From assembly GCA_010093815.1 (NCBI GenBank), contig ML996580.1: 64,000 nucleotides of DNA; one strand, given 5' to 3'. The notes below the pieces were generated by a model, which was not told where the DNA came from, did not search any database, and saw only the letters and a program-made list of their open reading frames with translations. Position numbers and translations under genes: made by a program. Shown in pieces: positions 1 to 15,694 of the stretch; within the stretch, counting starts at the first letter, position 1; each line of letters begins with the position of its first letter. Source of the stretch: Pseudovirgaria hyperparasitica. Lineage: Eukaryota.

Positions 1-58
1 TCTATCAGCCAAGTCTTTCTTCATCCATTCTTTCCATCATCATCATCATCAACCACCA

Positions 59-3000
59 TCATCCCTCTGCTTCTGCCTCCGCCATCACCTGCTCGCCCTC
101 ATCAAGCAGGTCACACACCATCCTCAGATTTCCAATCATCTCCTTTGCCTGTCCGACCAGAAGCAGCTTCTCTGCATTCGCAGGCAGACCCAGATACGTC
201 GGCGGTTCGCGCTCTGGCAGCTCATTGACCCACTCCGTAAAGTCTTTCCAGCCGGTTGAACTAGGCAATTCCAAGCCCTCGCTGTCTCCTTCAGTGGGCT
301 TCACAAGCTTGAAGTTGTCCTCGAATGCAGCCGGGGTCATCACGCTCTCGACGATGGAGGTGAGTTGTTTGAAGTCAGACTCGTTGTCGATCTTGCCGCC
401 GTACATCTCAGTCATGAGCATGCGCAGCATGTCCCAGGGAATGTTCTTTGGTGCCACATTCGTTCGACCTTGAGTGACACGGTCGATCCAGGTGTCAATG
501 ATGAAAGCACAACACTCGTAATCGCTGTCGTTAAACTCCCAGAAGCCCTTCCATCCGAGCTGAGGCGCATATCGCAAGCGCTCTTGGACAACGGCGTGGA
601 GGAAAGAGAGCAGCAGGTAAACTCTAGCTCGTTCGACTGGTTGCTGGACAGCTCTGGTGGATAATGAGGACAAAGAGTCCTTCATGTTGGCGCGGATACC
701 AGCTGGCTGTTCGTACATGAGAATGCGAGACGCTCGGAGAAGGTTGACTGGTATCTTAGGACTAGTTTCCATGGACAGGAATAGTCTGAAGTCTGCATGC
801 GGCTTGAGAGAATCGATGCGCTTGGTGAGATTCTGCAGCCACATTGGTGCCAAGTGTACGTTCTTGACGAGAACCCAAGAACCTTGTGCTGCAGCATTGG
901 AGATAGCTTTGTCTGCGCTGGCAGCGCCTTCATTCGAACCCATGGCGATATTCGTGCATGTAGCCTGAGTCTTCTCTACCAGGCTGTCGACCTTGTAACT
1001 GGCATCAAATCCGGGACTGGAGCTCAGGGCGATTGGTGTAGTTGATGTGACTTCTCTGACTATTGGGCCAAGATCGCCACTCGCATCCATCAAACCCTTA
1101 CCAAAGACATCCGTAACGAAGCGCTCCACAGCGGGGATGAATCTGTCTATGCGGAAGAGTTTGACCAGAATAAGTGACCGCAAAGACTTGTCGAAACGTT
1201 CAATCCCATCCGGCCAGGCAGCAGGTACACAGTTCTCAGCAAGCTCTTCGGTGTAAAATCTCTCCCAATCACCAGCAGACGGCTTCTCGCAGTCGTCCTT
1301 GAACAGTTTCATCTTCGACAATCGATCCATTACGTCCTGACGCTTGTCGGCTTGCGTAGAAAGGTCGCTACCACCTAGGTCCTCGTCCAAAACGTGGTCG
1401 ATGAGGCTCTTGTCCATCTTGTAGGGTGCAGCTTGTACAAGCAGCATGGCCAGAGCAATGCGATCTTTCTGAACGAGAGATAGCGAAGTTCGCTTATAAG
1501 TATCGACAAAAAGGTTGCGAATGATCTCGTCTATCCGTGCAGCATTGTTCGCGTTCCCAGCTGACTGCTTGACTCGCAACAAAACCGCATCGAATATATC
1601 AGTAAAGTACTGCAACGAGAACTGATAGAAGTGATTGAGGTGATGCAGCTGCTCCAGTACCGCAAATAGAGCAGCACAGGAACGTGCGATAACATTATAC
1701 TGCAGCGTAACTTTCTCGACTTCGCCCATGACGCCCTCAGTCTCAGCAACCTTGGCAGTGATATCGGCAGCTTCCTTCTTGAGGGTTTCTAGGGTCTGAA
1801 TAACATTGTCGTCGTCAAGAATGTTTCCTTGGGACTCATTCAAAGCCTGAAGCAGTCGTTTCTCGAGACGACGGAGATGCACACTGAACTCTCCTTGCAT
1901 CTTGATCAGGTTCGATCGTCGCTCATCAACATCAGGACGCTCCGATTTAAGAACCTCATTAAGCGTCTGCGTCTGAAGACTGCTTTGCGTGACCGTAAAA
2001 TTAACGAATGTGGTACGACTACAGATGTCGGGCGCGAAAGCAGCAGACGGGTCTCTTGTCGAAAGGAAGATCTTGAATGACGGGGAAAAGTCAATCTCTT
2101 GCTTGCCCAGCTGTATCAAGACACGACCACCAGTCTTTTGGTACTCTTTGTTCAGCACATGGTTAAGAATGGGGTCGAGGTGCTCTGCGTCCTGGATGAG
2201 GATGGAATTACCAAATCGAAGGGAGCTCTCAAGCTGCTTCGTGAACGAATCGTCCAAGAAACTCGTCACGATAAGGCGACGATCTTTGCTCTCATTCTGT
2301 AGGAACTCGGCCACGCGACCAGAGGGATCGATAATCAAGGGGTAGCGATTGAACCTCTTCAGGATGATTGCATTCTCGGTGCACAAGTCGTCAACTGGCA
2401 ACGAGTTCTCTTGCCATTTAAGTCTCTCGTCGGCGGTGGAAAGATACTCTGCGACTGGATTGGGTGACTTGTACTTGATTCCCGAAAGGCCAAGGTGATT
2501 GAACCAGTCCTCCATCATTGCTTTGCGGTATTGCTGGTCAAAGTACCCAGAGTAGGCAATAAATGCAGCGGCAACAAGAACGTCACCAACAATTGTATCG
2601 ATCTGGGTCTCAAACGACTTGCTTCCAGCCTCCCATCTCTCCCTTTCTGAGGCCAGGCTGTCCAACAAACGCATACTACGATCAACTTTGGTCTGGACCC
2701 GGGTCATCTCGGCCTTGAGCGACTCAGTCTCGCTAATGAGCGCAGCATACTCCTGTTTGAAGTTCTCGATACTGTCCTCTAGACGTTTGATCTGGTTCTG
2801 CGTAGCTTGTGCAGTAGCCCTTGTAGTCAAGGCTTTCTCCTCGAGAGTATCCACCTCTTCTCTCAGAGGTCCTACTCGATCCAGAATCTCTGAATAGCTA
2901 ACCTGCGCTTCCACCCACTGCACCAAAGGACCACATGCCTTACTGGCGCGATTGACCCTCTCAAACGTAAACTCCTCCTTGGAGAAAAACTCGTTGCGCA

Positions 3001-6000
3001 TCTTGATTCTGTGGTTTTTCGTCATCTGGCGTTCATTGTCATAATTGACAATGCTGGCAATGAAATCATCACGACGGACAATAGCAACAATATCTTTCCA
3101 CGTCGAAACCTTGTGCCCGAGAAGTGTACAAACAGATTCCAAGGCAAGTTTCACGCCAGTAGGAGGGTTCTGCATAGACCTGACTTCCGTAAGATGCTGA
3201 CGCTTGATGTTGTTGACACTCTTTTGCGCCTCAATAACGGCAGGTTCTGCTTTTGCCAGATCAGCTTCGACGACTTCCTTACGTGCTGCGACGTCTTTCT
3301 CCTGTTTCTCGAGACTCGCTTGCAGATCAAGCGATGCCGACTTGCGCTGTTCCGCTTCTTGCTGGTCCTTGACCATTCGCTGCAGCTTTTCGTTTGCCTC
3401 TGCATTCTTGGCCTCCAACTGTGTCTGCTTCTTGGACAGACTTTGTCGCAAGTCTCTGACCTTGTCGAACGTCTCCCGGAGCTTCTCCAGACCGACGTTG
3501 AGATGGCGCTGTTGTTCTTCCAGGTCTTCACGCTTCTCGTTGTACAATTTAACGTACTGCGCGACAAAGTCCAAGAAGTGCCTCGGCGTAAGGAAAGTCG
3601 ACCTATTCTGCTGTTTCTTGAGTCTGTCGTTGAAATGATGTAGCGAGTGATGGACATAGACCATAGCATTGACGACAGCCTCACGGTGTGAGGGAGGAAG
3701 ATTGAGGTCGCGATACGCCACGGGGATACTATCAGGTGCGTTGAAGTTCGCTCGATCAAGGTCAACCGACAGCGTAAGCTCCGAGCCAACCTGGTACAAT
3801 GCCTGATCAGACCAGTCACCAAACCAGTTGAGGACGCATCTGTTGAACAACGCAGGACTTGTCGCGGCTTTTGATGATAAGCCTTCCTCTGGAGGATTCA
3901 TGGTGAACACCACATGGAGGTTCTTGACAATCTGCTGCGTAAACCACTTGTACAGCTCCTCTTGAGAGTCGAGCAAAAGTCCTTGCCGCTGAGCGCCTTC
4001 TTTACAGGCTGTCATGAGGGTCTGGTATTCGTCACCCTCGAAGAGACCGGGGACTTCGGCATTGGCTAACAGGGTGTTCATGCGCTCGAGGAAGCCAGAG
4101 TCTAGAACGTTGGACTCGTCCATGATGAAGCAAATCTTCTCTCCTTTGCAGCCACACCTGCGCAGAACAGTGCGCAAGTCTTCGTCGAAATCTTCACCAG
4201 AATATTTGCCATGTACCTTGATCTGATACACTTTCAAGCCGTTCATCCAAGCAACGAATCTACTCAGCGTTGTCTTGCCACTACCACTAACACCAATCAA
4301 AATCAGATGACCTTGTGGCTGTCGGAAGACTCTGTCGATCCGGAGTACATGTTCGAGAACATCGTTGAACAAGATGAGTGGGACATCGACTTCTTCCTCG
4401 CAGAACGTCTTCAGCCTTGCTTTGACGAATTCGCGCAGCTCTTCACGCTCGACTGGCACGTAATTCTTCGATAGCCAATTAGAGAACAGAATCGGGCCAC
4501 CGAGGGCTTGAGGCTCGTCTATAGTAGGGAAATGTTCCATCGCAACTCTGTGGACACTATCTTCGGTCCACTTGCGTTCCTCTTCGGCAATCAAACGGTC
4601 CTGGAACAAGCGCAGAGCTTCGTGAGCCCATATTCTGACAAGACCCTCGACAGTCAACGTCTCGAGGGGTTTGATGGCTTCGTAGACACCCCTAACCCAT
4701 CGGGTCAATTCACGAGGCGAGTAGACATAGTGCGGTTGTATATCTGGTGTGAATTTCTTCTGCGATTCTGCGTAGAGTTGAACCATGGCCTTTGTAAGAG
4801 GTTCAGCATACCCACGGAGGGCCGGAATGATTTTCAAGACTGCGGTGTTGAAAGTGCCATAGATTTGCAGTAGTGAAGCCTCGCCAGGGTAATCGACCAT
4901 GATCAACGGCGCATGTCGAAGGAATCGCAGACCCATAGGCGTACGTCCAGCATCAGTCGGAGGATTACATGCGCCCACGAATTGAATGCGATCCAAAGTA
5001 ACCCAGGTCTTGTCTGATGTGCGCCAGAAACCATTCTGCTCGACGAGCTGTCTCAAGAATGAAATCGCGCGCTGCGTACCATACTTGTCAGGAGCCGGCA
5101 AATTAATTTCGTCGCAGAAGATTACGAGCCATTTGCCTATCTGAGTCGGGCTGAGGACGACACCATTCAAAGTCTTCTTGTACTCGCAGTACTGCTCAAA
5201 CGTCTTGATGAGAAGATCCGGAGTGGTTGCGCTGGAGAAATTGAGGCCAACAACTTCCATGTTCGGAAGCTTACGGAGAGCGCTGAAGAGCGTCATGGTC
5301 TTACCAGAACCCGGAGGACCACATAGGAGCAGTGGCTTATGCTCAGCTAACCATGAATAGAGCACGTCTTCGTGACGGACTGTATCGAGTGTCGGAATGA
5401 CGACATCTGTCTGGGTGACTGAATGGGTATTGACTTCAATATTAGGCACTTGGGATTGCCATGGTGTCCATTCTCCTTGAGGAAGAGCAACGTCGTAGTC
5501 AATGAGAGAAGTGCTCTCGGTGATAGATGGCAGGTCCACGGTCGTTAGGCCGGAGATGCGATCTCCAAATAGTTTACGCTGACCAAGCGGCCCGTCACCT
5601 GTCAAAGACCATACCAAAGCTAGCATGAGCTTCTTTGAAAGGAAGGTCTCTATTTGCTCGTCTTCCAGAGGAAAGTCCGGATGCTGGACGTTGTATTCGA
5701 GGATCGTTCTGCACGCTTTATTGAGAAGCGAAAAAAGTGTATTTAGCACACGGATGTCGGTATACTCCATGATATGCTGGAAGTCGCGGGCATACGTCAA
5801 TGCTTTCTCGATCAGACCATCTTGAGTCAGCTTTACTTGGAGGAAGTCTGCTACTTGATTTTGAACGGTCAAGATCTTTTGTGAGAGTAGACCTGGCGCA
5901 ACTGAGTCGTCTTCAATATCTTCGAATGGCACTTCTTTGAGATGCTTGATGTAGTTGGAAACCATCATGTCGACTGAGACAGTGTCGTCGCTGAACCAGA

Positions 6001-9000
6001 CCATACCACAACGACTGACGGTGGCCAGCGTAGCGTAGCGTAGCGTTTCGACTTCGAACATGACCCGTACATTAGATGGTAAATTCAAACGTTCTCCATT
6101 CGGCAGCGTGAGAAGCTTGTTGTCGTCCAACACACTGTTCAAGTTCTCCACCCATTCGGGATCGACGTCTCCATCAAAGACAATCCAATGGCGTTTCGTA
6201 TCTTCACCACGGAGGTTGTCCACAATCTTCCGAAGAATGCTTGTGAACAGACCATCGGTCCATTCGCGGGTCGTGCTATCGAGGCTACCATACAGGCTCT
6301 CCTTGGACATCACCTTTGGATCGATGACGTGACACACACCTTCTACTTTCTCGTACTTCTGCAGGGCTGAGAGTAATGTCTTCCATGCAGCTGATTTACC
6401 AGAACCAGATGATCCAACCATCATGACACCATGATGAAGTCCTTGGATCTGGTAGAGCTGAAGAATCTTGGTCATCCAAGCATCGCTGATGACAAGCTTG
6501 TTCTCAGCAGCTGACTCCCGAATAGCCTGTCGGAGTTCTTCCAATGGAGCTGGAATATACTCGATACCAGGAAAGGCTACAGTCTCAACCTCCTGCATAA
6601 TTTCAACATCACTCTGGATCAGCTTAGGTGCCATAGTCTCACGGAGACTCTGCACGATGATCTGTGGCTCCAGAACCTCCTCAGCAGCCCTAGCTTCATC
6701 GTCGTGTGCAATTCGAGCTCTCTTGAGTCCACCCGAGCTGACCAGAACACTCTTCAACGCACGCAGACCAAAGTCATAATGCGATTGCTTAGAGAGACGG
6801 ACCCCGCACTGATCGAAGAAGGGAACAACTTGTCTTGACAGCTCTTTGGCTTTTGCGAAACCCTGGGAGTACAACATGACTTCAGCGATAAGCTCCTTGT
6901 CGGGCTTCGACATCGCAACGCTGCGGAATAGCTTCTTGAGATTGTCCGGCAGATTGGAACGGCCAGCGTAGCCTGGATTCATGGTGATGAATATACCGGT
7001 AGAGGAGTTGACTTTGACGTTTCGTCCAACTAGTTCAATCTCAGACTTCGGATCGATGGCTCCTTTCCTTAAACCCAGTTGGATGTTCTGGACTTGTTGA
7101 GATACAGCAGACAGGATACGCTCCTCCAATCTGTTGAACTCGTCGAAACAACCCCAAGCACCAACCTGGCAGATACCAAGGAAGATACGGCCCATGGCCT
7201 GGAAGTCAAAAGTGTCATCACAGCAGAAGACGAGTGTGAAGCGTCCGAGTTGGAGACCAAGGGCTTTGACGGACTCAGTCTTACCGGTACCGGCAGGACC
7301 ATATGGCGAACCTCCCAGTCGTTGCTCGAGTGCTTGAGTGAGTGTGAGGAAACATCGGTCTGTCAAAGGTGTGCGAACAAGACGTTCTGGAACTCCTAGA
7401 TATTCGTATCCATAAGCCAGATCAGCATTAGCCATCTTGATGCGCAGTCGTGAGGTGTATTCGCCTTCTCCTTGATAGACATATCGCATCTGCGCAAGCC
7501 ACAGGTAATGAGTCGGGGCTGTTGCACCAACCTTACGAAGGTTGCCAATGACATCTCGTTGGTGGACACACTCGGTGATGAGGTGCTCACATTTCTTTCG
7601 ATGCAGGGCTGACAGATCGCCGAGAACTGTGGCCGCAAGCAGCTTCAAGATCGTCACCTGTTGTTCATACAGGCCGTCGAGTGCGCCACCACCTCCTACA
7701 AGAGCAGCCTCCACGGCAGACGTCCAGCAAACCTGAGTGGCCAGGACAACGACTTGAGCTGGGTACTTTGTCACGTATGCGTCGAAGGCCTCCGCGTCGA
7801 GAGGGCCATTCTCCAGCAAAGTGTTGAATTCTTGAATAGCTTCGTGAAGAAGTTCAGCAAGCGTATTCTTCATGCTGCCTTCCAGCGCTGCCAGCCATTC
7901 GTTGACCTTTGGTGTCTTGATCAGTGATACTTCCTTTCTCATGGAGACCTCCTCGCCTTCCTTTGATGTGAAGCCAGTGATGACGGTGTTGTCCTCCGTA
8001 ATAAGGCCATTGATACCAGCGAACATCTTTTTCAAGTGCTTAGCAATGCGGCTGGTATCGTTGCTGTTGCCAATAATTTCAAGAAGATCCTCGTCACCCA
8101 CAAAGTAGAATCGTGGAAAAGACATGCGTTCCCGCTCAAGGTATTCTCCAAGAGCTTTCTGAATCTTATTGAGCAATTCGGCGAGGCGCTCGAGTGACTT
8201 CTGAACCCCAGAGATCGCTAGCACATCGAGCACGGCAGGCGAACGGGAGACCTTCTTCATCACAGAAAGGAACTCATTGTTGATGTTTCCAAATCTATTG
8301 CTCTCGATAGGCAGCAGGTGTTTTATGTCCGCATTGCCTGTGAAAACTCCTTCAAGATAGACCCACTGGCGCTGAACATCGATCCAGACATCAAACAAGA
8401 CGTGGACCCGGTTGAGCTTCTCCTCCCAGGACGATGCTTCTTCTTCAAACTCCTTGTAGTATGGAGAATGCCTCATAGCTTGCAGCGAGTTGAGATTCTC
8501 ACTACACTTAGCAAAAAGCTCATCCCAGCCCCTGATCAGTCGGCACTTGTTCTGATAGTTGACAAGATCCAGGGTGTAGTCTTGCCAGGTCTCACGAACT
8601 TGACGGATGAACTCTTCAAGTGCGAGTTCTCCTTGAGCCTGAGCGATAACGTCGCGAATTACAGGTTCACTTGACACCAATTGCAGATCCCATACGTCGC
8701 CCAGGGTAAGAGACAGCTGTGAGTAGCGCTTTGAAGGTTTCAGGGCCTTGAATATCCTGATCCAATGTCTTTCGCGGATTGCCTCAGAACGTAGGTCAGA
8801 AAGCAATGGAATGACCTTGAGATGACCACGCAAAACGTTTTGTACGTGTTCAAACGCTGCGTACTGGCGCATACGGCTAGGCATATCTTTCGTCATCTTG
8901 ATCAACCCGTCAAGGGACTGGCGCAGTTTGCGCGGCTGAATGCTCGTCCACAACGTCTCTCGGAGGTCGTTCAGGCTGTTCCAAATCGTGGACAAGTTTG

Positions 9001-12000
9001 ACCATACAGACTTAAAGTCTTGCACCTCTTCAAGAATGGTCGAAAGAGGGTTATCGGCTGATGCTGGTAGGTCGAGCGCTTCCTTAGCCTTGGAAACCGA
9101 TAGGGCTTCAGCTTGAAGGGCATTGAGTCTACTATCGAAGGATTGCAAAGTCAATGACGCCTCATCGGGAGGAATAGATCCGGACACAGGCTTCTCATCA
9201 TTCCATTGCGACACAATCTCAGAGATCTTTCGGCCCACAACTTGGTCTTCGGCTACAATCTTGGCACGGAGGGCGTCGCTCTGGTCATTGACAATCTTGC
9301 TCTTACGATCGAGCATCTCGTTCAATGCAGTCCACTCGCCATCGATCTGTTCAACATAGAGCCAGTCTCCAGGCAGCTGGTATCGTTGTCGGCTCAGGGT
9401 CTTTTCGCCTTGTTGGAAGAGCTCAACCTCAGGTCCCCATGACTTGACCTTGCGCTTGCACTGCTGGACGATTGTGATGAAGGCAACAGCTTGCGCTGTT
9501 GATGAGGTCTCAAGAGATTGGCCCTCGAGGTCCTTGCGGGCCTTTTCTATTTCCGCAAAAACCTCAGTCATCCGGTTCTGGAGTCTACCAGCAAACTTGT
9601 TCAATATCTCGTGTTGCCATTGGTCGTACTTCTGGTTGACTTTGTTCTGCACCTGCTCGTAGTCGATGGTGACATAGCCGAATGTCTTGCTTGTTTCCGA
9701 CGTGTCGAACGTGGCGCGGGATTTGCGAATCTCCTGAAGGACTTGAAGCCAGTTCGAGAGGTCTTCGCCCAGGGTAGCATAAACTTGTTCCGATTGAAGG
9801 TCCCAGAGCGACTGGAACTGCAACCACTTGGCCATATATTCGAGGATAACTTGAATCTTATCTTCAATCGCCATGTACACTTGCATCAGGTATTCAGCAC
9901 AAAGACTTGGGAGCTCCGAGAACTTCGGGGAGTCTCCAACTTGGGCAACTTCAAGCCGCATCTCGTATCGCGATGCCTTCACTTTTTCAAGAGTACAGAC
10001 AACACCGAGCCATTCATGCAATTGCTCAAGCCAGCTTGCCCTCGAGTACTCTAGTGGCGGGTCCAGATAAATGACCTGGTTTCGCAAGGTAATCTCATGA
10101 ATGACACTTGTAAGTCTTGGAAGTTCTTTGGCTTGATCTTCGCCATCACTGCTGCGGCTCGTGTTGGGACGTGCGTCTTCGGCATTCTCGAATGCAGTCA
10201 GCCATTGTGAGATTGCCTGCTTCAGACGATCAACCAGTGTAGATTCAATAGTCTTGTTCATCTCGTTGACCCAGTAGTCTAGGTTGACGAAATTCTCCAA
10301 GTTCAGCTGGTCGACGGCCTTTTGGATGATATCGAGATTCTGCTTGAACGCATCTGCTTTGTAGGGGCAAGTCTCAATCTCGAGCAGGGCTTTTTGCACT
10401 GTTGCATGGATAGCCGCGAGGGTGGATGTCTTGCCTTGGAGAGTCGATACAGCCGCAGCAAATTCGCGAACGAAACGAACGTGCGAGCTGCTTTCGCCTC
10501 GGCCTGCACCAGCACGGTCGATAGAGGCAAACGTCGTCTTGATGTGAATGTCGTATGCGTGTATGAAAGAATCCCATTGTAGTGGCAATCCCTTTTTGAC
10601 GAACGTTTGCGCCTCGTTGCGGAATTGGTGAAGAAGTATTGATACCGGGCCCATATCCTCTATGATCTTGGCGGTCTGTGTATAGGTTCGTACACTTTCC
10701 ATCAAGCTCACAGCATAGGGATAAACGCGTTTAGCGTCTTTCGATATGTTGCTAATGGCATGTGGAACCTGGTAATTAAGCCACAGGAGATTTCGCACTT
10801 CCTTGAACAACGTAATGATCTGAGCATCGAAATTGACGGTTATTTCAAGGATGTTGCCGGCCGCTCGATTCCGGTGTATCGTGAAAAGCCTGCCAGATAT
10901 GGAAAGGTTTCTTCGATTGACTTCGTTGAGCCAGGAGTCGAAGATCGGTTTGGTGTCAAGCTTCTTCCGGAACATGTTGCTCTCCACGCTGAACTTCTGC
11001 CCTTCGGCGTGCAGGTGCCATTCTGAGCCCAGAATGTCACCTATCTTCTTCATATAGCCATCCAACTGACGTTCGATCTGTCTGGCCCAGATGATAGCGC
11101 CCGAGACAGGCGGAATATCGTGCAATTGTGCCATCGCGTTGGCTTGAGAATGGCCATACTGACGCTTGAAGCGATCATGCAGCGCATCGATATCGTTGTA
11201 CACGTTCTGAATGAGCTGCGTTTGGTACTCTGAGATAGCGCCTCGAATCTTGGGTCGTACAAATAGGGCATTGAACTTGGAGAAGACGCGGAACATCTCG
11301 TTAGCGGTCTTTGCCATAGCTAGGCGATCACGCAGGCGAGCGATGATTGAGTTCTCGACACGGGCCGTCCGTTCGTTGTATGTCTCCTCCGCCTTGCTCC
11401 AGATGTTGTTGCCCTCTGGAGATACATCGAGGACGTCTACATCTTTGAGTGCAGCGTAGGCTTGCGCGACTTCGTCAACCGCATCAACATCGCCGATTTC
11501 TGCGACCACTACGGCATCCATCGGGGCTGTCCCATCCACAGACTCGGACTGGCCTGAGCCAAGGACAGTCACTATGGTGCGTTGCAGCTGCTCGTGGTTC
11601 TTCCGGAAAGTGTGAACGTATCGCAGACGCTTCTGGGTCTCTTCGTGATTTGACTGGATCTTGATTGGTATAAACTTCTCATTTCGCCGTCTTGTGACCT
11701 CACGGGCAACATTCGTGAACTCCTTCACACAGTCATCCCAAGTCCGCCAGATCTCTTCGGTCTCATTCAGGATGGCGTTGAATTGTGGAAATTCAAGGTG
11801 CATCAAGGTCCGTCCTTGGAGTAAAACGTGTAATCTTGCGTCGAGATCGGCCGAGATTGCTCCAACAAGTGGCAATGCGCGTCTAATTGGGTATGGGCAG
11901 ATACGGAGCTTCTTGTTTAGATGCGAAAAGATCTGCGTCACTGCGTCACGGACTTTAGACAAAGAGGTTGCGGAAAGTAGCTCGTCGAGGGGAAAGTCGC

Positions 12001-13154
12001 GCATCAGCAGGTTGTATTTGCGCACTTCGTCAATCTTCTCTTTCAGCCCTGTATCGGCAGTGAAGCTTGTGGTCGCCTGAAATCTCTTTGCAGATCGCAG
12101 GACCGCCATAGTCAACATGACGCCGTCTCCAGCCAGTTGTGCCTCGATGCCCTCCAACCGAGCCTCCATGTCCAGCCAGAACTTGATCTCTTGAGACGCA
12201 GTTCCGCTGCTGGGGTCTCTCGTTGTCTTTGTCGTGGTTTGTATAGACTTGATCCATCCATTGACAATATTCTGCAGGTTGTTCAGGAAAGTTGAGTCTT
12301 CGCGTAGGGACGGGGGAATCTGCGCGTCCGAGGCTTTCGCGTGCTTCCGCTCAGCATCTTCGAGAGCTTGCTGGATGTACGGATGTAGATTCAGGAGTAG
12401 CGGCGGGATTTCGACATTCTGCTGGAGATGCTGGAAACTGAGCTTCAACTCTTCAATCTTCTTCCTCGTGCCCGGGACGCCAGTTCTTGGATCACCCTGC
12501 GCTTTGCCATAACCCGCGGGCTGTATTTCTTGTGGCTTGCTGGAGGCATCGAAGAATGGTGAGACGACCGAGCTCAGTAACGAGTTGAGATATTCGTATG
12601 GCGAGATATTGGATGACTGGGAAGACGAGCTGTTTGAAGATACCGGTATGCCAGGTAGACTTATGATATCAATCTGCGAGCTCAAGGGTAGAGATGGGTC
12701 TATCGGTTGCTGCCGTCTTTTCAGAATGACTATTGATGCTACACATTTTGTAGAAGGGTACAGTTCGAAGGATATGGTATAATTAAATTGAAGAGGAGCT
12801 TCTGCTGAAGGGTCAGTGGTGATCTAATAGTGGTGCATGTAGAGACGTACCAGCGCCATCTTCAGATCCGTTCACTCGAATCGCATTCGAGCTCACTTGC
12901 TCTTTCTGAACATAAAGGGATATGTTTGATTCCGTTGCGAAGCGGGTGCACCGCTGGAGAGTCTCGGGCACGCGAGGCGGCGACAGCAGACTCCCAGCGG
13001 CCGAGAGCTCTTCATCGGAGGCGCCGAGTGTGATTTGCAGGACTTTGCTGAGATGGTCGAGGAGGACTTGGGAATCTATCGTTGCGGGCGCAGGAGCAGG
13101 AGAGGTAGGGGATGCGATTCCGTTCACCCCCGGAGAAGCCAAAGGGGCCGCCAT
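59..13154 (-). CDS. DYN1: Cytoplasmic dynein heavy chain (~4349 aa, 2 exons)
   Basis: 4208-aa ORF with dynein AAA P-loops [24 protein letters not shown] and GVSGSGKT, plus CFDEFNR and a coiled-coil stalk. Exon 1 is 13154-12851 (MAAPLASPG...). Intron 12850-12805 (GTACGT...CTGAC...CAG; alternative NAGNAG acceptor 3 nt further) joins in frame to exon 2, 12804-59. Equivalent to Aspergillus nudA / Neurospora ro-1. Confidence 0.97.
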
Positions 13155-14889
13155 TATCTGATTATGGTGTTCTGCGTCGAGAATGCATGTGGCTCATCCG
13201 TCAATAAGATGATGACAAGATACGCGCACAATGCAGAGCTTGGTTCGGCGGTTCGTGGAAGGGTACGTACGTGCGACGTTGTTGGGTGCGAAGAAGCTCC
13301 TCAAACTTTACTTTCCTATATGCCTACTACGCGCAACGCCGTCAACAGGCTTGGCAGTCGCGTCAAGCTCCAGGTCATCAGCCCCACCACGTGATGCTTG
13401 TAAGTCAAGCTAAAAGCTCATTCGCCACTGTGGCTTAGTCAGTGTGGACTATGCAGAAATACAGAGCAATTAGGCTTCATCCGGTCCTGGATTACAGGTA
13501 GCGTCGGCAGCCCTCGCAGACGTTCATGTCGGTCATCCCTGCAGTAATTCAGGGGCCAGTACATTGGGTGTCATGCTACACGAAACATGCAGAGCTCAAC
13601 ATGATGGTAGTTGCACAAGACACCTGAATCGATGGTGCGATATGCATTGCTCGCCGCAAACGGGCTCATGGGTGGTGCTGCACTGAGTGTCGTTGGTGTG
13701 TCTTCTATCCAAGTCTCCGACGGCATTGCGGTCAGTATGTTTGGACAGTGATGTTGATGTCTATTGCAGAAGTACATACGATGTGGTGTCTTGTTCTGGC
13801 TCTGTAGGTCGATGTACACTCTGCAATTGCAGCCTGGATGACGATAGGGCAAATGACCTTTTCAATCCGAAGTACTATACTAGATGAGCTTTTCTCTCGA
13901 TGTATCAATCTCAGCAATAAGCCTGGAGAAGCATAGGCATGGCACTTGCCTACGACTGACACGGACAAGGGCTCTTTGCATTATTTCTCGTCATTTATCC
14001 TCTGTCAAATCCTCGAAGCAAAATACTCTTTATACTAAATGAACTGTCCGCGAAAAGACTTCTCTATCATAATGACCTAATTAGACTTATCGATAGGCTA
14101 CTTGGAATCTCTTCAGGCTCCCTAATCTAGTTGTTGAGCCATTGGAGCATGTACCTAGACTAGTAAGTTCCACGACATGCAGACATGTTTAACTGCACTT
14201 CCGCAACTATATATCGCTGCTTTCATCGAAGGAAAGATTACACATCACTTGTGATTGCTAAGATTCGCACTCGTAATCAATATCTTGAGATTCGTCCTCA
14301 TAGCTATAGCACGGTCTTTCTATCATCCCGTGTTTTAATCAAGAGGAAAATCTTGAATTATCTATGTAAGAGCTACGTATATGATTATACTTCTAGTAAT
14401 ATCTCTATCTAGTAATCTTATACGATAGAGTACTTTCGATTTTTGTAGATGTATCCCATCTCGCACTTTCTAGTAAACACGATAACACCAACTCATATAT
14501 TCACACAGTAATCTATCAAGCCGAAGTCTCATAGTACAAACTTCCAGCCCCATAACCTCCAAGTCAGGTCCAGCTCGTAAACATACACATGTCTAAATCT
14601 AGATTCTAGTATATCTCGAACCCATCTCACATCCCCCTTCTCTCCTACCAATATCTTTATCCTAGCATAAAAAACCACTTCCGCTCTCCATCCCTTCCTC
14701 TCTTAGCCAGCCAGTCATACTTTAACACCTTCCCTCACCCTAACATAGCAATCCCTCCATCTATCCATCCACACAATTTTTGTAAGAGAACAAGACATCA
14801 TATTCCATGTTTCACGCCCGTTGAAGTAATGAATGATAATACATTAGAGATCAAGTCATCAATACCAAGATCAAGAACAGACAAGGCGA

Positions 14890-15065
14890 TAGACACGGAC
14901 ATACACCGACATAGACACGGACACGGACAAGAACACGAAGATGGGGATATGGATGGACACGGAGATAGACACGGAGCTGGAGATAGAGACAGGATAGAGA
15001 CAGGTGTGGAGATGAGAGTGGATATAGACACGGCGAAAGATCGAAGACCGAAGACCGAAGACGGA
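14890..15065. repeat. Degenerate hexamer tandem array (GACACG/GAGATA/GAAGAC-like)
   Basis: Visible 6-nt periodicity, e.g. gacacggacacggacaagaacacg...gagatagacacggagctggagata...gaagaccgaagaccgaagac. Confidence 0.7.
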
Positions 15066-15557
15066 AAATAGAACACAGAGATAGACGTAAACATATAAAC
15101 ACTCCTCCTACCAACTACCAACCCATGCTCCACCCAATCTACCCACTAACCCCATCCTACCCATCCCATATAATGCTAGATATACATTCCTCATACAACC
15201 ACCATCATCTCCATGTACTAGCATCTCCATATACTAACATCCATGAAGAGCATGTATATAAGTATATAGACACGACCATCTTACATACTTCGTGATATGG
15301 CATATAGCATATGGCACATGGCATATAGTATATTATAACTACGATACTGCAATGATGATAATGATGCTCTAATGCCGAACCCCTACCCTCCAAAGAATCC
15401 CCCCAACCCTCCAAAAAATGAAAAAAAAAATGAAAAAAAAGTAACGCGAAAGCATGTAGTCTTACTCACTTACCTACCGACCTACCAAACTTTCAGCACT
15501 TTCCAGTAGTAATGTAAATAATCATTGATAGTAATCATTGATACATGAGATTAGAAT

Positions 15558-15660
<103 letters not shown>

Positions 15661-15694
15661 ACAAAGCATACCTACCAATAGAATATGCGAGTAG

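Noticed and set aside
13560..14420. Short ORFs and an intron-like GTATGT...CTGAC...AG on the minus strand upstream of dynein
   Set aside because: No coherent reading frame or recognisable protein; possibly a relic, but unsupported.
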